Assembly: GCF_000018105.1 (NCBI RefSeq)
Contig: NC_009930.1
Coordinates: forward strand, 90,001-122,000
Direction of reading: 5' to 3'
DNA from: Acaryochloris marina MBIC11017
Lineage (GTDB): Bacteria; Cyanobacteriota; Cyanobacteriia; Thermosynechococcales; Thermosynechococcaceae
Length of the DNA stretch: 32,000 nt
Within the stretch, counting starts at the first letter, position 1. Each line of letters opens with the position of its first letter. Position numbers and translations under genes: made by a program. The notes under the pieces were generated by a model. That model ran no database searches. It saw nothing but the letters and a program-made list of their open reading frames with translations, and was not told where the DNA came from. Below are positions 9,102 through 17,995 of the stretch, one piece after another.

Positions 9102-10973
9102 TCAGCAAGCTGCAACCAAGGATTCATCTTGGATCAGGGTCACCTGAAGTTGCTCTACTACTGGCCTTGCAGCTCTGTGCTTTGCCGTCTTTTTACTAGA
9201 GGCAATACCACTACCAGTAATAACTTCGTTATCAACCTTGAGCCGACATTCACAGTGATAGCCTTGTTCATGCTCCACAATCTCAAACTCTGCCTGTGGC
9301 CACTGAAAGCCTTGGCATATCTCCATGAGCAGACTCAGACAATTGTGCCCTTCCTGGTACTGCCTCAATTTATGGATCACGGGTGGAGGCTTAGGTGCAG
9401 ACGGTTGAGGAATCGGAGGTGCTTCTCTATGCTCTGGAGGAACTAAAGAACTTTCAAACTTAGCCTTAAGCCAAGCTAAACAAGCCTGATGTTTTGCACC
9501 CGTTTTATTCATAGAGATCCCCGGTTTAGCCGTTGTCCATAGCTGTTCGCCAATGAGAATCTCTATCCATGTTACGAAAGGCGGTTCGTGGCTGACTTCA
9601 ACATAAGCAGAACTGTGCCAAGCTTCTGTTTGATTGAGGGCAATACTGACAATGCTGGCAGCATCATAGAGATGGTCTTCCAGGTACTCCAAGACCTGCT
9701 CTTGTAACTGCAGCTCATCCCCTAACAAAAGCAAGACAAATAAATCTTCCACGGTGACATTGCCGGACTGTAATCGAGTTTCAGTCTCAGCTTTAAGGTT
9801 TTCTCCTTGTTGATCTTCTAGGGCAAATCTGAGCAGGAGGGAGAACTCTCGTGGGGGCAGCTGGGCAATTATTTCCGGGGATTGCAGCTGAGCTTCGTAG
9901 AGTTGTCGCTGCTGGGCTTTGTAAAAGGTTTTATGGGCCTCCTCCTGGGCTTGAATCGTTGCTTCAACATGTTGGGAAAGCGCTTGTATGTCTTCTATGG
10001 AATAGGGATAGGATTGCCCCTTCAGGTGAGCTTTGACCATGCGATGGTTGATTAAGTCTGGATATCGACGAATCGGGGAAGTGAAGTGGCAATAGGCAGA
10101 TAGATTTAGGGCAAAATGCCCATGGGGTTCAGGGCCATACTCAGCCGGATTTAGCCAACTCATCAGGACGCGACGAATATCCTCTTCAGATTGAGCATTG
10201 ACGAGAGCTGCAAACTGATGGGTTTGTTCAGGGCCAATGGCTCGATGGGTGTGATTGCGATAAATGGCGGGGATGTTGTTCTGGGCTAACCATTGAGCCA
10301 TGGCTGTATTTGCCAGAATCATAAACTCTTGAATAATCAGATAGCTCTGATAGCGTGTGAAGTCCGTGGAGAGGAGATTCCCGTTTTCATCCAGGTAATA
10401 CCCTTCAGGTAGAGTGAGTCCATCAAAATTCTCGGATTGGATTCGTCTTTGATAGAGCTGTTCTGCCCATTGCCAACACCGATAGATAAAGTTGGAGTCC
10501 GGTCGGCTGATATCCATGAGGGCTTCATCCGCTTGTTCATAAGTGAAGCGTTTATGGCTACTCAACCGGGATTCATAAACGTCAACATGCTGAATCTCAG
10601 CGGATTGATTCAGGGTGATCTCTAGGGTAATCGTGGGTCTAAGTTGATGTTCTAGGAGACTGAGCTTATCTTCAGACAAACACCGGGGCAGCATTGGAGT
10701 GTTGTTATGACGAAAATATAAGGTTTGGATGCGCGACTTTGCTTCTTGATCGACGAGGCTTCCGGGTTGCACGAGTTCGGCAACATCAGCAATATGAACG
10801 GAAAGGGTTGTGAGATGATCTTTCTCTTCAATCCAGATGGCATCATCCAGGTCTCGGGAGTGGGCTCCATCAATGGTGATCCCTGGGACTTGGGGTCGTT
10901 GATTGATGGAGGTGGGTAGGGAAATTGTCTCTGCTTCTTCAATAACGGGTTTAGAGAAGAATTGTCGAGGCAT
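9102..10973 (-). CDS. RNB-domain 3'-5' exoribonuclease (RNase II/R family) with dsRBD-like C-terminal region
   Basis: RNB motifs are present: ITIDGAHSRDLDDAIWIE near the N-terminus and HFALNLSAYCHFTSPIRRYPDLINHR. The RNB domain starts at about aa 30, so there is no room for N-terminal cold-shock domains. The C-terminal ~170 aa shows two dsRBM-like endings (NKTGAKHQACLAWLKA and SSKKTAKHRAARPVVEQL). Confidence 0.8.
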   Translation of the reverse strand: MPRQFFSKPVIEEAETISLPTSINQRPQVPGITIDGAHSRDLDDAIWIEEKDHLTTLSVHIADVAELVQPGSLVDQEAKSRIQTLYFRHNNTPMLPRCLSEDKLSLLEHQLRPTITLEITLNQSAEIQHVDVYESRLSSHKRFTYEQADEALMDISRPDSNFIYRCWQWAEQLYQRRIQSENFDGLTLPEGYYLDENGNLLSTDFTRYQSYLIIQEFMILANTAMAQWLAQNNIPAIYRNHTHRAIGPEQTHQFAALVNAQSEEDIRRVLMSWLNPAEYGPEPHGHFALNLSAYCHFTSPIRRYPDLINHRMVKAHLKGQSYPYSIEDIQALSQHVEATIQAQEEAHKTFYKAQQRQLYEAQLQSPEIIAQLPPREFSLLLRFALEDQQGENLKAETETRLQSGNVTVEDLFVLLLLGDELQLQEQVLEYLEDHLYDAASIVSIALNQTEAWHSSAYVEVSHEPPFVTWIEILIGEQLWTTAKPGISMNKTGAKHQACLAWLKAKFESSLVPPEHREAPPIPQPSAPKPPPVIHKLRQYQEGHNCLSLLMEICQGFQWPQAEFEIVEHEQGYHCECRLKVDNEVITGSGIASSKKTAKHRAARPVVEQLQVTLIQDESLVAAC

Positions 10974-11030
10974 CTTGGCTGAGGGATAGGAGCTTCAGTA
11001 CACGATTAGGGGTTGAGAACGAAAAGAAGA

Positions 11031-11612
11031 TTAGTCTGGCTTTGCATCTCTGAAGGGTGCCCCCCAATGCTTCCGTGATTCTCTGTTGAAAGGGGGTTTC
11101 CATTTTTGGATGAGGGCTTGCTCTAGCTGTTGCCGGGGATGATAGTCTGCAGGTGCTTCTCTCCAAAAACTAATGGTGACTCGCACGGGTAATTTGTGGA
11201 TTCGGTGGGCTGCCACGTAATTATGCAGGTAGTCTTTACAATCATGAACGCCTTTCCATCGCTGGTTGGATTTTGAGGTTTCACCTACGTATAACAGCAA
11301 TGGCAATTCTTGATCAATGACAAAGTATAGGGCTGCAATGCCTTCATCAAAGGTGTCTCGCCAAAATTCGGTGTTTTGTTGCTTGAGGCTAAAGGGATCG
11401 ATGCTGGCTGGATCTGTTGAGGGTTGGGCTAAATCAAAAAGTGACCCTTGCTGAGTTGGGGCAGATTCATTGACTTGAGTTTGGTATCTGAAGATCCGAG
11501 CTTTCCATTCTTTGAGGGCTGTATCACTCATTTGTAGAATGGGGGGGCTGGAACTAGAAAACCGGATATCTCGGAGTTCTAGGTCATTGAAGAGTGAGGA
11601 TTGCTCAGCCAT
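11031..11612 (-). CDS. GIY-YIG-like nuclease family protein
   Basis: The C-terminal half reads ALYFVIDQELPLLLYVGETSKSNQRWKGVH ... QLEQALIQKWKPPFNRE. This fits the order GIY-(x10)-YxG-x-T ... R ... H ... E ... N of GIY-YIG modules. Confidence 0.55.
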   Translation of the reverse strand: MAEQSSLFNDLELRDIRFSSSSPPILQMSDTALKEWKARIFRYQTQVNESAPTQQGSLFDLAQPSTDPASIDPFSLKQQNTEFWRDTFDEGIAALYFVIDQELPLLLYVGETSKSNQRWKGVHDCKDYLHNYVAAHRIHKLPVRVTISFWREAPADYHPRQQLEQALIQKWKPPFNRESRKHWGAPFRDAKPD

Positions 11613-11700
11613 AACTGGATTATTTCAATTTTGTGGATTAGCTTAGCGCAACTCAGCAAACTCCAGTTGATTTGACTAAGTTAGGGAGAGGATAGAGATT

Positions 11701-12042
11701 ATGGGAAAAAAGTTTGAGCTGAAGGTGGCGGCTAACAACCAATTTCATTTCAATTTGAAAGCAGGCAACGGCCAAGTCATTCTCACAAGTGAGATGTATA
11801 CCACTAAAGCGGCGGCCCTCAAGGGCATCAACTCAGTCCAGACAAATGCCCCTCATGACAATCTGTATGATCGGCGGGAATCCAAGAGGCAAGAACCCTA
11901 TTTTGTCCTCAAAGCCACCAATGGACAGATTATTGGTAACAGTGAGATGTACTCTTCCACTTCAGCAATGGAAAATGGTATCTCATCTGTAAAGACCAAT
12001 GCGCCTGGGGCACCCGTCGAGGATTTGACGGTAGATAATTAG
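11701..12042 (+). CDS. yegP: YegP-family protein (tandem DUF1508)
   Basis: Two internal repeats (FHFNLKAGNGQVILTSEMYTTKAAALKGINSVQTNAP and YFVLKATNGQIIGNSEMYSSTSAMENGISSVKTNAP) closely resemble E. coli YegP. Confidence 0.85.
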   Translation: MGKKFELKVAANNQFHFNLKAGNGQVILTSEMYTTKAAALKGINSVQTNAPHDNLYDRRESKRQEPYFVLKATNGQIIGNSEMYSSTSAMENGISSVKTNAPGAPVEDLTVDN

Positions 12043-12048
12043 GTTTCC

Positions 12049-12384
12049 ATGTCTAATCGTTGCCAACAATGCGATCGCTTTAGCGGATACCTTGGCTCCC
12101 AGTATTTAGTCTGCGCCATCCATCCAAGTGGCCCCAATCAAACTCCTTGCCCAGACTTTACAGAAGTGATTGAGGACTGGCAACCGCTGGGGGCATTCTA
12201 TGAGGGTGATCAGTTAATAATAGATTGGGCGGGTTATCTCACCTCATCGGAGCGGCTAGAGGTACTAGTGTCGCACCCGTACTTCTCAGGTATCTGTCCA
12301 AAGTGCGGTGCAAGGTTTGGGGATAGCAGACCCATCCACTACGATTGCAGGGAATGTGGTTGGATTGATGATTCGATCAACTGA
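12049..12384 (+). CDS. Cys-rich hypothetical protein (zinc-ribbon-like CxxC pairs)
   Basis: 111-aa ORF starting 7 nt after the yegP stop. It has CxxC at the N-terminus (CQQC) and CPKC...CRECG at the C-terminus. Confidence 0.55.
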   Translation: MSNRCQQCDRFSGYLGSQYLVCAIHPSGPNQTPCPDFTEVIEDWQPLGAFYEGDQLIIDWAGYLTSSERLEVLVSHPYFSGICPKCGARFGDSRPIHYDCRECGWIDDSIN

Positions 12385-12435
12385 GACAAATAACTAACCC
12401 CAGCTTTTACCTTTGACTATTCTAAACAGTAGCTA

Positions 12436-12729
12436 ATGAACTGGATTATTCTGTTAATTTGCGTGATTGTATTCATCGTTTACTGGAGTAAACGGAGGCA
12501 AAGCCGAGGCAACCTCGGCAAGGTCATTGACTACAGTAAAGGAAATCAGGGTGTGCGAAGGGAGCAATGGCAGAACTACTCTTCAAGCGAAGCAAAGCTG
12601 ATTCAGAGGATTGGCCATGAAGCTACAGAGCGTCTGATCGTCAGCGTACTTCTGGATAATCCAACCAAATCGAGAGCCTGGTGTATGGACAAAGCCTTAC
12701 GTGACCTGGAACGAGATCAAGGTCTGTAA
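12436..12729 (+). CDS. small membrane-anchored hypothetical protein
   Basis: 97-aa ORF with an N-terminal hydrophobic helix (MNWIILLICVIVFIVYW) followed by a basic stretch. Confidence 0.45.
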   Translation: MNWIILLICVIVFIVYWSKRRQSRGNLGKVIDYSKGNQGVRREQWQNYSSSEAKLIQRIGHEATERLIVSVLLDNPTKSRAWCMDKALRDLERDQGL

Positions 12730-12733
12730 GACA

Positions 12734-13261
12734 ATGGCAACCCCAAGACAGCTACTCTGTATTCTTTTTCCCATAGCAGTGTTGGGATGCAGCCCTCCCC
12801 CCAGCAACACGACCCATGAAATTACTTCAGCGAACACCGCTCCTGTCAAAGTTCTCAGCACGAGCGACGGGGATACTTTAAAGGTGCAATTTCAAAACGG
12901 TAAATCGAGTAAAGTCCGTATTGGCTGCATTGACGCTCCTGAGTATTCACAAGAATATGGCTTAGAAGCAGGCCTACGACTCAAGGCATTGATTCCAACC
13001 GGAGCAACTATCAAGCTTCGGAAAATCACCACTGACCAGTATGACCGCACAGTGGCAGAGATTTACTCGGAGGAGAAATCAGTGGGGTTACAGCTAGTGA
13101 GGGAAGGATATGCGGTAGTGTATCACCGCTACCTTGATGGTTGTTCCGATACAGCAAATCAGTATGTTGACGCAGAGAATGATGCGCGATCACGAAAGCT
13201 CAATTTCTGGAGCCAGAGTGATCCGGTTATGCCGTGGGATTATCGCAGGAATCGGCGATAA
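12734..13261 (+). CDS. staphylococcal-nuclease (SNase/thermonuclease)-like lipoprotein
   Basis: The start is trimmed to ATG 12734. The sequence MATPRQLLCILFPIAVLGCS has a lipobox-like LGC. SNase motifs DGDTLKV and RIGCIDAPE are present. Confidence 0.8.
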   Translation: MATPRQLLCILFPIAVLGCSPPPSNTTHEITSANTAPVKVLSTSDGDTLKVQFQNGKSSKVRIGCIDAPEYSQEYGLEAGLRLKALIPTGATIKLRKITTDQYDRTVAEIYSEEKSVGLQLVREGYAVVYHRYLDGCSDTANQYVDAENDARSRKLNFWSQSDPVMPWDYRRNRR

Positions 13262-13327
13262 TATTGGACCGAGGGTTAAGGTTTAATACATCTGATCTAC
13301 TATGGACTTATGCGCTAACACACGCCC

Positions 13328-14116
13328 ATGTCCTATTCCCTGTCAGCCACCAAGCTCAAAACCTACGGACAGTGCCCAAAATCCTATCAATTTAGGTATG
13401 AGCATAAATTACCTTCACCAACCATATTCGGCTCCACCAAGCTTGGCAATGCTCTCCATGCAGCGTTAGCCAATGTCTACAAGGATTGGAACTACGCTTA
13501 CCCTCTTCCTTCCCTGGACTGGTTTGCTGTTTGTTGGCAGCACCATACCAGTGAATTGACTCCGACGCAGATCCATGAGGGGTGGGCAGCATTGCAGCTT
13601 TACTACGAGCGGTACATTGCCCCACTTCCTCAAATCCGTAAACCGCTGGGGATAGAGACAAAAGTCAGGGCAACCCTCCAAGTCCGCAACATCGAATTTA
13701 CCCTGTCTGGTCGGTATGACCGCTTGGATTATATTGATGATGGTCTGGAATTGATTGATTACAAGACCAGTAAATCCGTCAATCCTCCTCCATCCGTGGA
13801 TATCCAATTGGGTTTTTATTATCTGATACTGGAACAGATCTACAAGAAAGCGCTCAAACGTCTGAGTCTAATCTACTTGCGTTCTAATGAGAAACTGATC
13901 TATGAGGTCACACCTGACCATCACCAGCAAGCCCAATCTCTGATTGAAGATATGGCGATGAAGCTCAGATGTGATCAGGAATGGAAACCCGTGGCGGGAC
14001 AGCATTGCGATCGCTGCGGGTATCAGAAATATTGCCCCGCGAAAAATACTAGACCAGAACCGCTACCGCAAGATGCTAAGGAAGTTACGCAAGTGCAGTT
14101 GGCTTTGGGGTTTTGA
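13328..14116 (+). CDS. PD-(D/E)XK nuclease, Cas4/AddB-like with 4-Cys cluster signature
   Basis: One N-terminal Cys (YGQCPKSYQF) plus a C-terminal CDRCGYQKYC gives the C...CxxCx5C pattern. Core motifs are RYDRLDY...LELIDYKTSK and QLGFYYLIL (QhxxY). No CRISPR array or other cas genes occur in the window. Confidence 0.8.
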   Translation: MSYSLSATKLKTYGQCPKSYQFRYEHKLPSPTIFGSTKLGNALHAALANVYKDWNYAYPLPSLDWFAVCWQHHTSELTPTQIHEGWAALQLYYERYIAPLPQIRKPLGIETKVRATLQVRNIEFTLSGRYDRLDYIDDGLELIDYKTSKSVNPPPSVDIQLGFYYLILEQIYKKALKRLSLIYLRSNEKLIYEVTPDHHQQAQSLIEDMAMKLRCDQEWKPVAGQHCDRCGYQKYCPAKNTRPEPLPQDAKEVTQVQLALGF

Positions 14117-14126
14117 TTGAAACTAT

Positions 14127-14501
14127 TCAAGGAGAATTAGGAGCCAGCATCAGAACCTGAAAAAGCGACTCAGGCAAGGGTGGCATCTCTATCGCCTCTC
14201 CTTGATAGTGGATCTGAGAGAACGAGGCGAGATTGAATACACCATGAGGAACATCCAGTTTGTTGTCTCTAATCCACATTCCTAGCCGATAATCTACGCG
14301 CCATCCCTCCAGACCTTCCATTAAGTCGATCCAAAAGTGCAAGGGAATCAACTGAGTATCCACCCGGCAAGACCCTCGATAAACTTGGTGGGGAATGTTG
14401 TGCCGAAAGAGTTGAGTATGACATAGACGGGTCATACCATCACACTCAGTAGGAGAGGCATCTAATGGGTTTAATAGTTGGCGTAGTTCGTCAATTGTCA
14501 T
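14127..14501 (-). CDS. hypothetical protein
   Basis: 124-aa ORF convergent with the PD-(D/E)XK gene, with 10 nt between their stops. No motif recognised. Confidence 0.5.
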   Translation of the reverse strand: MTIDELRQLLNPLDASPTECDGMTRLCHTQLFRHNIPHQVYRGSCRVDTQLIPLHFWIDLMEGLEGWRVDYRLGMWIRDNKLDVPHGVFNLASFSQIHYQGEAIEMPPLPESLFQVLMLAPNSP

Positions 14502-14532
14502 ATCAAGAAAGCTAAGGTTAGTCAGTTGGAGC

Positions 14533-14808
14533 TTACGATCTCAGAAATTCCTGATTCGCTAACCACAAAGCTTCATCTGTCGGCTGATCGATCATCCCTA
14601 GTGCCGCAAAGACGCGCAGTTGGATATCCCGTCCGCCTCGACAAGCTAGTTCCGGGTTGGTGTGGCAGATATGCTGTTTTCCGCTACACAGATACTCAGT
14701 GATTTCTGTCGTTCGATCATCGCCAAGGACTAAGCCTCCATCCTCTGGAGATCGGAAGATGCAGCTTTTGCACTGAGCGGGGTTGGGTTCAAGGAAATGG
14801 CTTCTCAT
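14533..14808 (-). CDS. hypothetical Cys/His-containing small protein
   Basis: 91-aa ORF, 31 nt upstream of the next minus-strand gene. It contains CKSC ... C ... CH ... C. Confidence 0.5.
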   Translation of the reverse strand: MRSHFLEPNPAQCKSCIFRSPEDGGLVLGDDRTTEITEYLCSGKQHICHTNPELACRGGRDIQLRVFAALGMIDQPTDEALWLANQEFLRS

Positions 14809-14870
14809 GATTTTTCGGATAGTTCATTTAATGCTTTTATAAAATCATCAAGATTGTATTTATTCTGCTG

Positions 14871-15161
14871 TTAGAAAAAGAAAATATTGCTGATAGGGAA
14901 AAATGCTCTATCTTCATTGTTACAGCACAACATAAACCCATAATTAAGTTCATCAATTCCATAAGATAGAGTAAAGCTATTCCCATTATCCTTAAAAGAT
15001 ACACTGGCAAAATCAAAGGGATTAAACCTTAAACTAAAGAATGTTGCGTCGATAATCTCGAAAAGGCTTACACCGAAAGTATCAATAAATCTTATGCATA
15101 GTCTTTCTTGAGATGGTGTCAGCGGTTTATGACTAACTTTAATCTTTCCAGGTTTATTCAT
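14871..15161 (-). CDS. hypothetical protein in AT-rich insert
   Basis: 96-aa ORF in a markedly AT-rich block (about 14809-15463). Its composition differs from its neighbours. Confidence 0.35.
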   Translation of the reverse strand: MNKPGKIKVSHKPLTPSQERLCIRFIDTFGVSLFEIIDATFFSLRFNPFDFASVSFKDNGNSFTLSYGIDELNYGFMLCCNNEDRAFFPISNIFFF

Positions 15162-15463
15162 TTACATAATGGTGATAGTGGGCCAAACCAATATTCAGGT
15201 GTCCCTGGCTGCATAGACCTTGGGCTAGTAAACAGTAATGGGCAGTTACTATCATCGGCTTTCGAACTACTTGAACTTGATAGGACCAAAGCAGTTCATC
15301 CAAAGGTAATTAGACCCACGAAAATCATACAAATATTGCCAAATATATTCCTTACCCTATGATTCGTTTGAGCCTCTTTGACTGTTAGGTTTAATTTTCG
15401 GATTTTCTTAGTCATGATTAGTCATTTTTAAGATGATTAACAGATTCCCGGTAGAAACTGAAG

Positions 15464-16045
15464 TTAATTTTCCTGTCGCTGAAGCTCTGCCACATTATCC
15501 ATGGCCTTTCGTGCGATCAGCCTCCAATCCGTCCGATCATCCCACCGCTGAAAAATTCTCTGATTCCCCAACCAGACTGCACAAAAAAGAACTTTGTCAT
15601 CATCAGCGGGAACAGCCTCAATGGTGATCCGCTGTTTGAGTTGGTCTGGAGTCATACTTGAGATCGCAATCAGGAACCCCTTCGCAAAAGTCGAATCATA
15701 GCCCGCCTCCAAAGTACAGGGACGATGGGCCAACATCTTGAACCGCAGCTTATATGAAGTCTTTCCTCTGTATTCCTTGGGAACGAACTCGATACTGATC
15801 AGGTAACCTGTCAAAGCAGGTTGCTGTAGCTCAACAGGTTCAGAGTCTTTATCGAGGATATACCAAGTGCTTGTTTTGGAACGATTACAGAATATAGCCA
15901 AAGCCGATGGACTATCACCAAATCCCAGTGCCCTTTCATGGCTAGGATCTTGGGATTGGAATTGATATTGCTGTGATAAGGGTTGCAATACAGCTTTGGG
16001 CTGTGTTGATGGGGTTACTTTGTTTGTGTTTGTGTTTGTGTTCAT
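15464..16045 (-). CDS. hypothetical protein with N-terminal (Asn-Thr) repeat
   Basis: 193-aa ORF whose ATG overlaps the upstream stop (ATGA at 16042-16045). No family recognised. Confidence 0.55.
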   Translation of the reverse strand: MNTNTNTNKVTPSTQPKAVLQPLSQQYQFQSQDPSHERALGFGDSPSALAIFCNRSKTSTWYILDKDSEPVELQQPALTGYLISIEFVPKEYRGKTSYKLRFKMLAHRPCTLEAGYDSTFAKGFLIAISSMTPDQLKQRITIEAVPADDDKVLFCAVWLGNQRIFQRWDDRTDWRLIARKAMDNVAELQRQEN

Positions 16046-16302
16046 TTTTCAGGTTCCATAGGGATTTTGATAACTCTGTGCATTTGTTCAGCGAGACTCC
16101 AGCAGTGATCGCAAATTTCAGGGTAGTCATCATCAGCACCTTTACACCAGGGCTGAAGATAGCCACAGCACTGACACTCGTAGTACTGCCCAGGTTCACA
16201 TCCAGAGCAAAAGGACGGGCTGTGATTACTCAGGCACCCCAATGGCTTTAGTTGCAAGACACCTCGGCCTCTTTGAATGAAGTTCCACATTGCTCTATCC
16301 AT
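16042..16302 (-). CDS. Cys-rich small protein (putative zinc-binding)
   Basis: 86 aa with CSGC, CQCC, C and CDHC clusters. It overlaps both neighbours (8 nt upstream, 4 nt downstream), which suggests translational coupling. Confidence 0.5.
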   Translation of the reverse strand: MDRAMWNFIQRGRGVLQLKPLGCLSNHSPSFCSGCEPGQYYECQCCGYLQPWCKGADDDYPEICDHCWSLAEQMHRVIKIPMEPEK

Positions 16303-16678
16303 TGGTCAAATCCTCCAACTTCATCTGCCCAAACCATTCCTGCTTGGTGTAAGCATTGGCTTTTCGGAACGGCGCATCAAATTTCAAATGGCAGGGCGCA
16401 CAGAGGGCCTTGAGATTGTCTGGGTGATTGTTCTGGGGATCTTGGTCAAGGTGCGCCACTGTGAGAGTGAATCGCTGAGGCTTCTGTTCCTCCCCCTCTG
16501 AAGTGATCGGGAACCATTCAGGGTGGGTAATCATCAGCCAGAAAGCGAAGTGTAACCACTCAACCCCCGGTTTTCGACAGGGTTTGCCGCACTCAGTACA
16601 ACGCCAGTTGGCGTCTTCTTTGACTTGCAACGCAATCTCGTCCCAGTTATCGGGGTATCGTGCCCGAATCATCGGCAT
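16295..16678 (-). CDS. HNH endonuclease
   Basis: The start is trimmed to MPMIRARYPDNWDEI, where the ATG overlaps the upstream stop as TAATG at 16676-16680. The sequence has CTECG ... TVAHLDQDPQNNHPDNLKALCAPCH, i.e. the HNH core with flanking Cys pairs. Confidence 0.8.
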   Translation of the reverse strand: MPMIRARYPDNWDEIALQVKEDANWRCTECGKPCRKPGVEWLHFAFWLMITHPEWFPITSEGEEQKPQRFTLTVAHLDQDPQNNHPDNLKALCAPCHLKFDAPFRKANAYTKQEWFGQMKLEDLTNG

Positions 16679-17076
16679 TACAGAACCTCCAATGTTTGCT
16701 GCTCTGGGGCTGGATACTTCCATTCGAGATAGGACTTAATGCAACGCCCTGGATCATGGTCTGAGGTGACGAAGATGGTGAGGTCTGTCTTACTGCCCAA
16801 CTCTTCGAGACAGGCCAAGATTTCATCTCGACTAAAACCTTTGTATCGAGTGCTAATCAACACACCACACTGTTTAGCAATGCGCTTTGCAGCTCTCACA
16901 GGCTCTTTCTCGCACAGCACCACTTCATGAAGCCATTCCCGATAGGCGTTGTAACAAGGTTCGGCATCCTTTTCTGGGTGGAAGGGATGAAAGGGGCTGA
17001 CTAGGGGGGACTGGGCAATCCTGAAACCGGGCTGGGATTGGTTTGTACGAGTTGATTGAGTGATAGTGATATTCAT
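16678..17076 (-). CDS. hypothetical protein
   Basis: The start is trimmed to MNITITQ, which is preceded by GGAGGAATCGCC. 132 aa. A vague DUF4326-like pattern (SPFHPF...YREWL) is not supportable by eye. Confidence 0.5.
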   Translation of the reverse strand: MNITITQSTRTNQSQPGFRIAQSPLVSPFHPFHPEKDAEPCYNAYREWLHEVVLCEKEPVRAAKRIAKQCGVLISTRYKGFSRDEILACLEELGSKTDLTIFVTSDHDPGRCIKSYLEWKYPAPEQQTLEVL

Positions 17077-17108
17077 GGCGATTCCTCCAAATCTGTAGCG
17101 GTTGGGGA

Positions 17109-17441
17109 TTAGCAAGCAATAACGGTCATGTTCTCGGCCATCTCATGAGCAAGAGCGACCCTCAAACGTTGCTCATCCGTGAGTCCTGCATTGAATGCTT
17201 CTAAGACAGCCTCAGCGGCTTCCATCCTGCGAGAGTAGGGGCCGAAGAACTGATGTCTGAGAGTGGTGCCGACGTAATTGGATTGACGCTCGACAAAATT
17301 GATGTAGACATACCCGATCAACCGACTGCCATAGAAAACATTGAGCTTGCGGTCATTATCAGCAGTGGGTCTAGTGTGGAGTTCATAGGAAGGTAGATCA
17401 ATGCCATCAATAACTTGTTGGGGAAGAGTTGTATGATTCAT
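17109..17441 (-). CDS. hypothetical protein
   Basis: 110-aa ORF in the co-directional operon. No motif recognised. Confidence 0.5.
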   Translation of the reverse strand: MNHTTLPQQVIDGIDLPSYELHTRPTADNDRKLNVFYGSRLIGYVYINFVERQSNYVGTTLRHQFFGPYSRRMEAAEAVLEAFNAGLTDEQRLRVALAHEMAENMTVIAC

Positions 17442-17473
17442 TTTGAATAACCTCGTTGAATGGTTCGTTCAAT

Positions 17474-17516
17474 AAAAGGCATCGTTTGACTTGTCCCGAG
17501 CTTGGCGATGCCTTTT
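17474..17516 (-). terminator. stem-loop with U-tract (possible intrinsic terminator or attenuator inside the operon)
   Basis: On the minus strand the stop TAA runs into AAAAGGCAUCG-(21 nt)-CGAUGCCUUUU followed by AUU. The stem is 11 bp and the loop is large. Confidence 0.35.
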
Positions 17517-17895
17517 ACTGTTCTGAAACGAATGGCACCTCGTCATAACCGCCATGGGTCAGTGCCTCCAGCATCAACGCCGCTTCCATATGTTTGAGGG
17601 CATCGATATGTCGCCGCTCCGACCTCAGCGTCGTCGCCTCGGCCATTAGATAGGCGACACAATCACGGAAGCACTGGGCTTTCTGTCGGTCAAAAGGAAT
17701 CCGCTCAATCTCTGGTTCTAGCTGGGGCCAGACCGCTGGATTAAACAGTTTCTGGGCACCACTGAGTAATAATTCCTGGGATTGCATCAGGTTCTTAGCC
17801 GTCGCTACCGTCATGACTGCTACAGGAGAATAGGCCAAGTTAACCGTAGGCGGGTTGAGCAGAAATTCTGCCAAGTTAAGGTGATGAGCTTGCAT
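17515..17895 (-). CDS. hypothetical protein
   Basis: The track ORF 17515-18114 is trimmed to MQAHHLNL (ATG 17895), because the longer version overlaps the upstream gene that ends at 17996. 126 aa. Confidence 0.5.
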   Translation of the reverse strand: MQAHHLNLAEFLLNPPTVNLAYSPVAVMTVATAKNLMQSQELLLSGAQKLFNPAVWPQLEPEIERIPFDRQKAQCFRDCVAYLMAEATTLRSERRHIDALKHMEAALMLEALTHGGYDEVPFVSEQ

Positions 17896-17995
17896 GGGAT
17901 TTCTCCAAGAAGAAATAGGGATGAGGAAAGGCCAGCCCTGATGGTTGGGGGGATATCGCCACAGGGCTGACCCAGGTACAGACAGGGGGAGAGGG

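Noticed and set aside
15108-15362. Plus-strand 84-aa ORF in the AT-rich insert
   Set aside because: It overlaps the start of the minus-strand ORF 14871-15161, has no RBS and has an atypical composition. It is likely spurious.
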